This document shows positions 10,003 through 18,126 of a stretch of 64,000 nucleotides of DNA, one piece after another. The stretch spans positions 778-64,777 of the forward strand of contig MEQK01000154.1 in assembly GCA_001770175.1 (NCBI GenBank), in the 5' to 3' direction. Source of the stretch: Bdellovibrionales bacterium RIFOXYD1_FULL_55_31 (GTDB lineage Bacteria; Bdellovibrionota; UBA1018). Within the stretch, counting starts at the first letter, position 1. Every line of letters starts with the position of its first letter. The position numbers were made by a program, and so were the translations under genes. The notes under the pieces were generated by a model that had not been told where the DNA came from, did no database searches, and worked only from the letters and a program-made list of their open reading frames with translations.

Positions 10003-10301
10003 GGCGAATACCTCATTTCACGAAGGGTTTGTTTTGTTTCTTGTCTGAAGCCCGTCCGACTTCGATAAAGGTGAGCTCGGTTCCGGCGACGCTCCTTTTC
10101 AGCGATTTCAGTGAGGTGATCGAGCGGGCGTCCATTGATTCCCTCCACAAGCTCGTCGTCAAATTCGATCACTTTGCTTCTCCGCGGAACTCCGAAGGCT
10201 GTCGTCGTGACCAGAAGCTCCATTAAAATGAGGACTATAAGGAATGTGGATTTCATGTCGTTCATCCTTCTCCTCATGTGGCTCCTCATGTGGCTCCTCA
10301 T
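9999..10301 (-). CDS. Small secreted protein (GltF-position); start ambiguous
   Basis: Hydrophobic signal-like core (KSTFLIVLILMELLVTTTAFG) followed by about 60 charged residues. Five in-frame ATGs at 10301, 10289, 10277, 10265 and 10256. ATG 10301 overlaps the upstream TGA. The stop overlaps the next gene's start. Confidence 0.5.
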   Translation of the reverse strand: MRSHMRSHMRRRMNDMKSTFLIVLILMELLVTTTAFGVPRRSKVIEFDDELVEGINGRPLDHLTEIAEKERRRNRAHLYRSRTGFRQETKQTLREMRYSP

Positions 10302-10358
10302 GTGGCTCCTCCTGTGGCTCCTCGTGTGGCCCCTCGGGTGGCCGATTCGGTGGCTGAT
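10263..10358 (-). repeat. 12-nt tandem repeat, 8 units (3 perfect), spanning a gene junction
   Basis: Minus-strand reading: ATCAGCCACCGA ATCGGCCACCCG AGGGGCCACACG AGGAGCCACAGG AGGAGCCACATG x3 AGGAGAAGGATG. All three reading frames are open across it. Confidence 0.9.
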
Positions 10359-13300
10359 CCGTTTGGCCAGCCGACATTCGCGACGGACTCCCCGTCTTTG
10401 CGTAATTCCTCGATGAGCTTGTCGGCTCGCTCCCGTGCCAGGCTGCTCTGGTAATGTCCGAGCAGCAGCCGGTTAACGTTCTTGCGAGTCCGGTCGCTCA
10501 TTTCGTCACGGATACTTGCCAACTCGGCCAAGGCTTCGGCCTGAGCGCCGAGTCCCGCCAGGGTGTACGCGCGGAGCAAGCCAAGGGTCCCGGGCTGGAG
10601 AACTTTCTTCTCCCTGGCGTACTGAAGAAGATAGGTCGCTTCGGCCCAGCGTTTCTGCCGCGCGGAACGGTACCACCCCGCTTGCACGCATTTCGCCAGG
10701 TCATCACAATCCGTCTCCTTGGCGGACCATTCCCCATCGGGGTTGACGGAATCGAGACGGCTCGGATCGAGCGGTTCAGGAGGGGGAATCGGAGTCTTTG
10801 GCAGGAGAGTCGCCAATCTCTTGGGATCGGCGTGCAGATACGGCTGGGCAATCGCGTCGAACGCCTCCGCCTCGATCGCACCCGCGGAAGCCAGCTGAAA
10901 GGCTTTACCTCTCAACAGATCGGCCTTTTTCGCGAACGGTTCGGCAATCGCCGGATTCGCCCCCCGAAGCGAGTTCAGGCTTCGCGCCGAATCGGCGTAA
11001 ATATCGGCAAGCTCGTTGGTCACCGTGGCGCGGATTCGAATCCAGGGCAGTTTGGCCGCTTCCATCGCGGCGTTCTCGATTTCCCGGAGCGCTTCCAGCC
11101 GACGCACGATATAGGCCTCCCGCGCGTGGAGCGGCGCAACCGACCTGATATTCTGACGATTGAGCGCAATCGCCCGAGGAATGCTCACGATTACTGATGG
11201 AAGGATCTGGGTTCTCGTCAGCGCATCGAGATCCTGAAGATGGCGGGTGAGAATCCGGATCGCGACGTGTCGATCCCTGAACGCGAGATGCCGGGCCCCT
11301 TCCAGCGCCAGGGCGGCCCAAATCGCGCGCAGCTCAACCGGTCCTCTTCGAGCGCGGGCGAAAGCCTTCGCCGTGAACTCCGGTCCTTTCGAAGCCCTCT
11401 GGAATAGATCCAAGGTCCGATAACGCTCGCATTCCATTGAAAGATCATCGGCGCAGACGTTTTGATCGTTCAAAACCGACCGAAGCTGGCCCTGATCACC
11501 CGACATCCAGGCAAAGGTGACGACCTTCCGCCGAAGCGCTTTGCGCGGTCCCCCGCCGATCTTAACCAACTCCGGTTTTTGTGAGAGGTACTGGCGATAG
11601 GTCCTGCCGGCGGCGGCATAGTTCAACTGTTCTTCATGAATCGAGCCCTCGGCCAGTAATGCTGAAGCCGCAGCCTCGGTTCCGGGAGCCGAGCGCATGA
11701 GCTGGCCGAAATAGCCCAGAGCCTTTGGACGGTCTTTCGCGGAAAGCGCCGCGTGCCCCGCGATGGCCAGGCAATCGGCCTTCCGCTTACTTTCCGGGTA
11801 TTCGGAAAGGAACTGCTCCGCTTTTTCGATGGCCGAGGCATATTCTCCCGCCTTGTAGCTGGACTCAAGCGATTTGAATCTCGCGTTTGACGCAAGCTCG
11901 TACAGCCGAATGGCGAACGGAGAACCCTTCCACTCCTTTACCGCCAGGAATTCGCTCGCGAGTTCGTGGAGTTTTTCCCACTCGGCGCTCGCAACATACG
12001 TATCAACGACGAGCGTGGCGGAAGGGGAAGCATATTTTGACTTAGGATACCTCAGCGCGAAGTCGTGAAGCCGCTGCAACGCTACCCGCAGATCCCCGTG
12101 CGCGTAGATACAGCGGTTAGCCTCGAAGTAGAAACTATCGATGGCCTCGGCACTTTTTCCGGTCTTTTCGATATGGGTCGCGATCCAGCCAATCCATTCC
12201 GAAAGTTTGCTATCGAGTTCCTTCGCGTCAACTTCCTTAATGGATTTGGCTTTCAGATCACCGGGAACGAGGTTGCGCTTCCGCAGAAGTTCGTAGCGGC
12301 TCGCGATCGCGCGCAAGCTCGCGGCTTGAACATTGACCGGATCTTTCGGATTGGGCGCCCGCCAGGCACCATGCTCCACGACCCACCGGTAGTGGGTGGT
12401 AGCCTGTTCGAACTGTCCGATCTCAAAATAGCTTTCGGCGAGGTTGTAATGAACTTTCGGAATCCGGGGGTCCTTCTCATCGACGATTTGCACGAAGGAA
12501 TCGTAGACCCCGGCGAGAGCCTTCGTCAGCACGGCAACGCCGTCAGCGTCCTTGTTCCGAGTAATCAGGACTTGCAACTGATGTGCGGCTTCCAAGATGA
12601 GTCTTTCCGCCCGGGCGACGACCTCAGGAGCCGTTTTTCGACTTCGATAGGCGACCAGATCCTTGGCGGTCTGAACAAGGCCCGGATACTGCCGCTTGTT
12701 CAGCTGGTCCTCGTAGGTAATCACGACGACTTCAAAACTCTCGGGTCGCTTGCCTTCTTCGCGCAGCAGAAGGTTTTTCCATTCCGCGAGTTCCTCGGCA
12801 TGTCCATGGGCGCGTAGCAGTTTCGCGTAGCGCACCATGATTTTGCCGAAGAGTTCTCCCGGGCCGAGCCGCCTCAGATAGGAATAAGCGTCAGTAACGC
12901 CGAAATTGGCCAACTTCTGCTCATAGCCCGCCATAAAAAAGAGGGCCGCATCGTGAACCGCGTTTTCTCGAAGTGCTTCATCCGACCGGGACTGCTTGCT
13001 CTCCGAATAATGCCGGATATTCTTCTCGATGTAAGACAACGCCCTCGGCACATCCTTCAGGTTGTACTGACACCACGCCTGACGATAAAGCGCATGCGGG
13101 TACCGAGGATCCTCGGGATGACGCTCAAGAGGTTTGAGGTATTCCGAAGCGCCCCGCCAATTGCTCTTGTTCATCGCGATTTCGGCGAGTGCCATATATG
13201 CCGGGATCACATCGTCTGACTTCGGATAGGAACGTACCAAGTGGAGATAATCCGCGCTCGCTGCTTCGACATTTCCGGACTCCGCATTGGACCTCGCGCG

Positions 13301-13744
13301 CAGATAGTAAGCACGGGGGATATCCGGATGTCTCGGAAATCTCTGGATCAGCTCGGTCAGGGTCCGACTTGAATCGGCGTAATGCTTTCGATAAGTTCCC
13401 TTCCCTCGTTTCGCCTCTTTTCGCTTTTTGGCGACGCCAAAGGCGATCCTGAAATCCATCGACCCCGCCTGCCGCTGAGCTTCACCTAACCTGAAAAGCA
13501 ACAGCGGTTCACGGTCCGTCGAACGATGTTTACGAAGCAGCCGCTGAAGCTTCTGAATGGCGTTGATCTGGGAGTCAAGCGCGGCCTGATCCACCCGCCT
13601 TTCGTGAACCTCGATCGCCGAGAACTTCGGGTCAGTATCGTCCGTTTCTACAGTCCTTTTCGGAGCCGACGCGGCGCCCGTGGGCAAACAGGTCATCAGC
13701 ATGCCGCTAACGGTAAACACTATGATCCAATGATATTTGAGCAA
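10298..13744 (-). CDS. Large periplasmic TPR-repeat protein (GltD/GltE-like scaffold)
   Basis: 1148 aa. Signal peptide (IIVFTVSGMLMTCLPTGAASA) and many TPR-like helix pairs (e.g. AYYLRARSNAESGNVEAASADYLHLVRSYPKSD). The C-terminal tail SATESATRGATRGATGGAT is encoded by the tandem repeat. Confidence 0.8.
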   Translation of the reverse strand: MLKYHWIIVFTVSGMLMTCLPTGAASAPKRTVETDDTDPKFSAIEVHERRVDQAALDSQINAIQKLQRLLRKHRSTDREPLLLFRLGEAQRQAGSMDFRIAFGVAKKRKEAKRGKGTYRKHYADSSRTLTELIQRFPRHPDIPRAYYLRARSNAESGNVEAASADYLHLVRSYPKSDDVIPAYMALAEIAMNKSNWRGASEYLKPLERHPEDPRYPHALYRQAWCQYNLKDVPRALSYIEKNIRHYSESKQSRSDEALRENAVHDAALFFMAGYEQKLANFGVTDAYSYLRRLGPGELFGKIMVRYAKLLRAHGHAEELAEWKNLLLREEGKRPESFEVVVITYEDQLNKRQYPGLVQTAKDLVAYRSRKTAPEVVARAERLILEAAHQLQVLITRNKDADGVAVLTKALAGVYDSFVQIVDEKDPRIPKVHYNLAESYFEIGQFEQATTHYRWVVEHGAWRAPNPKDPVNVQAASLRAIASRYELLRKRNLVPGDLKAKSIKEVDAKELDSKLSEWIGWIATHIEKTGKSAEAIDSFYFEANRCIYAHGDLRVALQRLHDFALRYPKSKYASPSATLVVDTYVASAEWEKLHELASEFLAVKEWKGSPFAIRLYELASNARFKSLESSYKAGEYASAIEKAEQFLSEYPESKRKADCLAIAGHAALSAKDRPKALGYFGQLMRSAPGTEAAASALLAEGSIHEEQLNYAAAGRTYRQYLSQKPELVKIGGGPRKALRRKVVTFAWMSGDQGQLRSVLNDQNVCADDLSMECERYRTLDLFQRASKGPEFTAKAFARARRGPVELRAIWAALALEGARHLAFRDRHVAIRILTRHLQDLDALTRTQILPSVIVSIPRAIALNRQNIRSVAPLHAREAYIVRRLEALREIENAAMEAAKLPWIRIRATVTNELADIYADSARSLNSLRGANPAIAEPFAKKADLLRGKAFQLASAGAIEAEAFDAIAQPYLHADPKRLATLLPKTPIPPPEPLDPSRLDSVNPDGEWSAKETDCDDLAKCVQAGWYRSARQKRWAEATYLLQYAREKKVLQPGTLGLLRAYTLAGLGAQAEALAELASIRDEMSDRTRKNVNRLLLGHYQSSLARERADKLIEELRKDGESVANVGWPNGSATESATRGATRGATGGAT

Positions 13745-13762
13745 GGGATACCTTTCCTTGGG

Positions 13763-14233
13763 CTAGTTCGGGTTAACGACTGCGAGCTTGAAATCCGTGT
13801 AACCGGTCACCGCCGCCGATGCCAGGACCGCCTTAATCGTGGAATAGGGTGCCCGCTGGTCAGCGACGACGATCACCTGAGAACCAGACTTTTCCTGCTT
13901 CTTGCGTTGAAGAGACGAGACCAGCGCTTTCGACGCTCCATTCGCGCTCAGATCGTCGGACTTGAACTTGTAATCCCGGATCCCGGCAATCGCGATCTCA
14001 CCATCGATACGAACGGTCTTTTCACCGATTTCCAGTTTCAAACCCTCCACCGGCGCCGATCCCGTCAATGCGCGCGGAATGATGAGTCCCGGAGACGGGG
14101 TAACATCGATCGCGCCGCTTCCGTAAGTTTTGAGAAGGAACACGAGAATGATCATGAAGATGTCAGCCATCGACGTAATCTGCAGAGTCATTTGCGTATT
14201 CAGTAACGGTCTTTTTACGAAGGACTTGCGCAT
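13763..14233 (-). CDS. ExbD/TolR family protein (AglQ/AglS-like)
   Basis: N-terminal TM with the conserved Asp (ITSMADIFMIILVFLL) and a periplasmic ExbD-like domain. Confidence 0.85.
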   Translation of the reverse strand: MRKSFVKRPLLNTQMTLQITSMADIFMIILVFLLKTYGSGAIDVTPSPGLIIPRALTGSAPVEGLKLEIGEKTVRIDGEIAIAGIRDYKFKSDDLSANGASKALVSSLQRKKQEKSGSQVIVVADQRAPYSTIKAVLASAAVTGYTDFKLAVVNPN

Positions 14234-14248
14234 AGGGTCTCCTATTCC

Positions 14249-14734
14249 TTAAAAGCCATCCAGCGCGACACCGGGAACGGTTCTGCGGATCACCTCGATC
14301 GAGCTGACAACGTCTTTGTAGGCAACCGTGTTCTCAGCGACTAAGCGGGCCTGCTTAAGTCCCGGCCAATTCTTTTTGACCTCACCCAGCTTTCGCGAAA
14401 GCGTAACGTCGTCTCGCCGTCCGCCAGGAAGCGCGGGAACAATGAACCCTCCCGACTCCTTTCCGCTCAACTCAATGCCGATCGCGCCGTCTGCCGACAA
14501 GTCAACCCTCAACCGCACATCTCCACTTGCGGCTCCGGTCGGTGTCCGCCCGCCGGCTGCCATCGTCGCCTCGAGGATTCCGATCGAGGCAAAGGCGGTT
14601 GAAATCATGACGAACGCGATCAGCACCACGAAACAATCGATGATGGGCGCAAGATTCAGATCAAAATCCTGGCTCAGAGGGGACCTGCTCCCTAACCGGG
14701 CAAGCGGGTCCCCCGATCCGTCGATCGTGCTCAT
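14249..14734 (-). CDS. ExbD/TolR family protein (second paralogue)
   Basis: TM with the conserved Asp (LAPIIDCFVVLIAFVMI) and an ExbD-like periplasmic domain. The start overlaps the stop of the TolQ-like gene. Confidence 0.85.
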   Translation of the reverse strand: MSTIDGSGDPLARLGSRSPLSQDFDLNLAPIIDCFVVLIAFVMISTAFASIGILEATMAAGGRTPTGAASGDVRLRVDLSADGAIGIELSGKESGGFIVPALPGGRRDDVTLSRKLGEVKKNWPGLKQARLVAENTVAYKDVVSSIEVIRRTVPGVALDGF

Positions 14735-15402
14735 ACGCCGCGCTCCAGAACGCTCACGGTCTCGTTCTCGAGAATATAGAAACGCTGTTTCAGCAGATCG
14801 AGCGCTCTCATCGCAGCACGATCGACCTCAGCAACGATCTTGTTGCTTCGATTAATCAGGAAGCTGAACGCCACCATGCTCGGAATCGCGACTCCGAGCC
14901 CCATCATCGTCGCATTCATCGCGGTCGAAATTCCGGCTGCAAGAAGCGCGGACTTCTGCTGCGGATCAGCGTACCCGACGGCTCCGAAAGAATGGATCAA
15001 CCCCGCGATGGTCCCGAACAACCCAAGCAAAGTCGCGACGTTCGCGATCGTGGCAAGAAATGATGTCCGCCCCTGGATCGCCTCCGTGGCTTTTCCCACA
15101 ACGATTCCAAGGCCGCTCTCAATCAGGTTCTCGGGCTGATGTGCGCGAAGGAGCGCCTGCTTCGTCACCTCGGCAGCCGGTTTTCCCTCGAATCGATCAC
15201 AGATCGCAACCGCTTCGGCGATCTTGCCGGTAAGCACGAGATCACTTACCCGGGAGAAGAAGACTTCCGAATTTTGCATCGGATAGTACTTCAGCAATGC
15301 TCTCGATCGTTCGATGATGATCACGGCCGCGAAGGCTCCCGCGGCGATGATCGGCGATACGTGCCACCAGTTCGTCCTGACGAATTCAAAAAAGTTGCCC
15401 AT
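14731..15402 (-). CDS. MotA/TolQ/ExbB proton-channel protein (AglR-like)
   Basis: ORF 14731..15564; start moved to ATG 15402, preceded by GAAAAGGAAGGAAG. Three TM segments and a conserved C-terminal channel region (LGLFGTIAGLIHSF, TAMNATMMGLGVAIP). Confidence 0.9.
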   Translation of the reverse strand: MGNFFEFVRTNWWHVSPIIAAGAFAAVIIIERSRALLKYYPMQNSEVFFSRVSDLVLTGKIAEAVAICDRFEGKPAAEVTKQALLRAHQPENLIESGLGIVVGKATEAIQGRTSFLATIANVATLLGLFGTIAGLIHSFGAVGYADPQQKSALLAAGISTAMNATMMGLGVAIPSMVAFSFLINRSNKIVAEVDRAAMRALDLLKQRFYILENETVSVLERGV

Positions 15403-15418
15403 TGAGCTTCCTTCCTTT

Positions 15419-16981
15419 TCAGTAAACCGTTTTCGGTTGGTAATTGACCATGATCTGGTCCGTTGATGACAGGCTGAGAACAAAATCCATGTCATTGATG
15501 TAAAGCGTGTTCCCGGAAATCGAATAGCTCTCCGAGGGGACGATCGTGCGGGTTGTGTCCGCATGAATGATCGTCACGATCATGTCTTCGGTGCTGGTCG
15601 GCTCGCGGGAGAGCGCGAATTCGCTCTTGCGTTGAACGATCGCTCGTCCAACCTGATCGAGAATAGACCCATAGTCGTCTTCGGCGACATTCAAGGCGAA
15701 TGAGCCATTGCCGACGAGATCGGCCAGCTCAAGATACCGATCACCGCGATCGACCGCGACATCACCGGCGTTCCCCGCCGCTTTGTCTCCGGGTGCCCGC
15801 ATCGCTTGCAATTCCTGAAGAGCCGTTCCCGTCAGGGGAACGATCGGAATCACGAGGTAATTCGACTTTTTTTCCATGAAACGATCGAGTTTCGTGAAAA
15901 ACCCTTCAAGTTCGGCCTTCACTCCCTCGACCGAGATCAAATCTTCGGAATCGGGGCAAGTCGAGAGCTTATAGGTGTAGCCATCAACATTCTTGACCGG
16001 GCAGTTCGAGGAGAAACCCGTATATGGAGAGAACCCCTTCGGGAGCGTGCTCGGAATCCGCAGGCTCTGATCATCCTCGTCCGTCAGGAAGATCAGAACG
16101 CGTTGCGATCCCGGGCGGAAAAAGGCCGTATTTGATCTCTCGTTGTCCGTGAGGAACTGTAAAAGTGACTGAAGTCCCCGCTCAGACCCGGCTCCCGACG
16201 TTCCCACGCTCGCGTTGATCATGAAGTCTGGAACGAGGGTCCGCGACGAACCCTGCGTGGAAAGGATCGGCTTGCCCGAATGAACCGTATCGTTTTCGAC
16301 AGTATTCACGCACTGTGTGATCGCGGACTCTCCCACGCCTGGATTCAGGCACCCCAACGGCCCCGTGTACCGGGTCTGATCGTCTCGAATTCGGCATTGG
16401 GCGGTTCCGTGAAAGAAATACGGATGCTGTTCAGTGCACAAAGCCGCGATCGGGCCGTCGTGAACTCCGGGCAGAAGTCGCGCGTAATTGGGGCCCCACG
16501 CGGGCACTTGCGCGCCCCAGGTAATACCTCGCTTAAATTCTCCGGATTCGAGGTTGACCAGATTCGGATCCCACGGCGGATTCACGAAGGTACTCAAGCG
16601 CGACAGCACATAGGGCGAAGTCCAATTCGTGGTCCCGTCGATGGCCGTCTTCAAATAATCGCGAAAAGCCGGGTGCGCCATATAGCTGTCCGTCGTGATC
16701 ACGGCGACTCGAATGTCCCAATTCGGCCTCAGGTACTTCTCCGCGAAAGATGCGAACCCTCGTCGCAACCTATCCTGCGAGACGTCCATGCTTGCTGAGT
16801 TGTCGACGACATACAGCAGATCGACCTTGGTGTTGATCTCACGTGCCACTGCAAAACTCTCGAGCTGCTGGGTCAGACGAAAGGAATTGGGTCTCTGCTG
16901 CGTGCAGCCCCACGACCAGAGGACGCAGCTCATGAGTATCGTCCAGGAAATCCGGTCCATCTTCATTCCCCTTTCTCTCAT
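15419..16981 (-). CDS. VWA-domain (MIDAS) probable lipoprotein
   Basis: ORF 15419..17053. ATG 16981 overlaps the upstream TGA; ATGs at 16966 and 16960 are alternatives. Signal peptide ending WSWG/C, MIDAS motif DxSxS (VVDNSASMD), and six Cys after the signal peptide. Confidence 0.7.
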   Translation of the reverse strand: MRERGMKMDRISWTILMSCVLWSWGCTQQRPNSFRLTQQLESFAVAREINTKVDLLYVVDNSASMDVSQDRLRRGFASFAEKYLRPNWDIRVAVITTDSYMAHPAFRDYLKTAIDGTTNWTSPYVLSRLSTFVNPPWDPNLVNLESGEFKRGITWGAQVPAWGPNYARLLPGVHDGPIAALCTEQHPYFFHGTAQCRIRDDQTRYTGPLGCLNPGVGESAITQCVNTVENDTVHSGKPILSTQGSSRTLVPDFMINASVGTSGAGSERGLQSLLQFLTDNERSNTAFFRPGSQRVLIFLTDEDDQSLRIPSTLPKGFSPYTGFSSNCPVKNVDGYTYKLSTCPDSEDLISVEGVKAELEGFFTKLDRFMEKKSNYLVIPIVPLTGTALQELQAMRAPGDKAAGNAGDVAVDRGDRYLELADLVGNGSFALNVAEDDYGSILDQVGRAIVQRKSEFALSREPTSTEDMIVTIIHADTTRTIVPSESYSISGNTLYINDMDFVLSLSSTDQIMVNYQPKTVY

Positions 16982-17814
16982 CGGGAACTTGCCAGCAAAG
17001 TCGTGCTCGCGACGGTCGCGCCGCAACCCTGACTGCGGGAAGTGTTTTGCCAATCCTTAAAGAGCACCAAACCATGTTGAATGCTGATCTGCTCCCCTAA
17101 CTCGGCTTCAAAACCAGCGGTCGGATCAGGATCTTCGGAAGGATCACTCGGATCCCATTTTGCAAGCGCCTGAGGAATCACCTTCTCGCGCTTCAGCGAA
17201 GCACCGATCGCATCCAGAAAGCCATCGCGGGGCGGAGTACAGTCGTTGTTACAGGAAGCCTTTCCGAGGCAGTACCGGACGCTGATCGAAGATTCCGGCC
17301 CCGCGAGCGGACCGAACACGATGCCTTTCGAACCGCGCTCGAAGTGCGTCGGCACGCCGTCCACGCGCAAACACACGGACTTCCAATTGATATGAGCGAG
17401 GTCCTTCGCCGTCCCGAGCTCGACGAAATTGCGATGTTTTCCGCAATTCTCCCGATCGCGATGTCCCGGCAGTGCCTTATGTTGAAAACGCGCCACCACG
17501 CATCCCGACCTCGGAACCGAGCCTTCGTTGAGCGACGCTCCGGGAGTCTTCGTCAATGCCTGAGGTTCCGACTCCGAAGTACTGTTCTCCACCAGGATGG
17601 GGACGCCCGCGGCCGGAACCTGCGGCTCCGAATCCTGATCCTGAACCGCGGCTTTTTCCGCATCCGCCGCTGTGGGGTCTTTTCGCTCACCATTGGACCT
17701 ATCGACCATATTGACCATGTTCAAAACCAAGTTTGCGACGAAGATCACGACCGCGATCGCAATCAACGACCAAGTTCTGAAGCCAAGAATCCGAGCTAAA
17801 ACTTTTTTCATCAA
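16978..17814 (-). CDS. Membrane-anchored Cys-containing protein, unknown function
   Basis: N-terminal TM (WSLIAIAVVIFVANLVL), an acidic/Pro-rich linker, and a C-domain with seven Cys. No recognised family. Confidence 0.55.
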   Translation of the reverse strand: MMKKVLARILGFRTWSLIAIAVVIFVANLVLNMVNMVDRSNGERKDPTAADAEKAAVQDQDSEPQVPAAGVPILVENSTSESEPQALTKTPGASLNEGSVPRSGCVVARFQHKALPGHRDRENCGKHRNFVELGTAKDLAHINWKSVCLRVDGVPTHFERGSKGIVFGPLAGPESSISVRYCLGKASCNNDCTPPRDGFLDAIGASLKREKVIPQALAKWDPSDPSEDPDPTAGFEAELGEQISIQHGLVLFKDWQNTSRSQGCGATVASTTLLASSR

Positions 17815-17830
17815 TCTCGCTCCACCCCGG

Positions 17831-18046
17831 CTATGCGATCACGCCGAAATCGGCGATAACGAACGAATCCATATCATCCGCGGATTCATCGTGTGCTCCC
17901 GCTGCCGAGGCAAAGCACTCCGCGAAGCGGTAAAGATCTTTTCTTCGGCACCGGTCACAATAGCGGGTATAAATCGATTTTCTGCGATATTTGCTCAAGC
18001 ACAGATTGCAGATCGAACCCATGCTGGTCCTATTTACCTGTCTCAT
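17831..18046 (-). CDS. Small Zn-ribbon protein (CxxC-N17-CxxC)
   Basis: ORF 17831..18100; start moved to ATG 18046, preceded by AAGGAGGAGGAAGA. Contains CNLCLSKYRRKSIYTRYCDRCRRK and an acidic/hydrophobic tail. First ORF downstream of the sigma-54 promoter. Confidence 0.5.
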   Translation of the reverse strand: MRQVNRTSMGSICNLCLSKYRRKSIYTRYCDRCRRKDLYRFAECFASAAGAHDESADDMDSFVIADFGVIA

Positions 18047-18111
18047 TCTTCCTCCTCCTTGAGTTGTCTTGAGTTGCGTAGAATTGATTGATCCGAACAA
18101 GGAAGCTTAGA

Positions 18112-18126
18112 GCAACCTGCGTGCCA
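18112..18126 (-). promoter_or_regulatory. Sigma-54 (-24/-12) promoter
   Basis: The minus strand reads TGGCACG-CAGG-TTGC, followed by T. This matches the TGGCACG-N4-TTGCW core exactly. The predicted TSS is near 18100, reading into the Zn-ribbon gene and the cassette. Confidence 0.6.

Noticed and set aside
10263-10358. Possibility that the 12-nt repeat array is a CRISPR or other spacer-containing array
   Set aside because: The units are contiguous with no spacers, are only 12 nt long, and lie within or between coding frames. It is a coding-junction microsatellite-like tandem repeat.
10159-10377. 72-aa ORF encoding EEPH repeats (third frame of the tandem repeat)
   Set aside because: It is open only because of the repeat. 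It overlaps two better-supported genes and lacks an SD or a sensible N-terminus.
11033-11044. GGATTCGAATCC, reminiscent of a tRNA T-arm/loop
   Set aside because: It is a 12-bp palindrome inside the TPR gene. I could not fold flanking acceptor, D or anticodon arms. No tRNA call.
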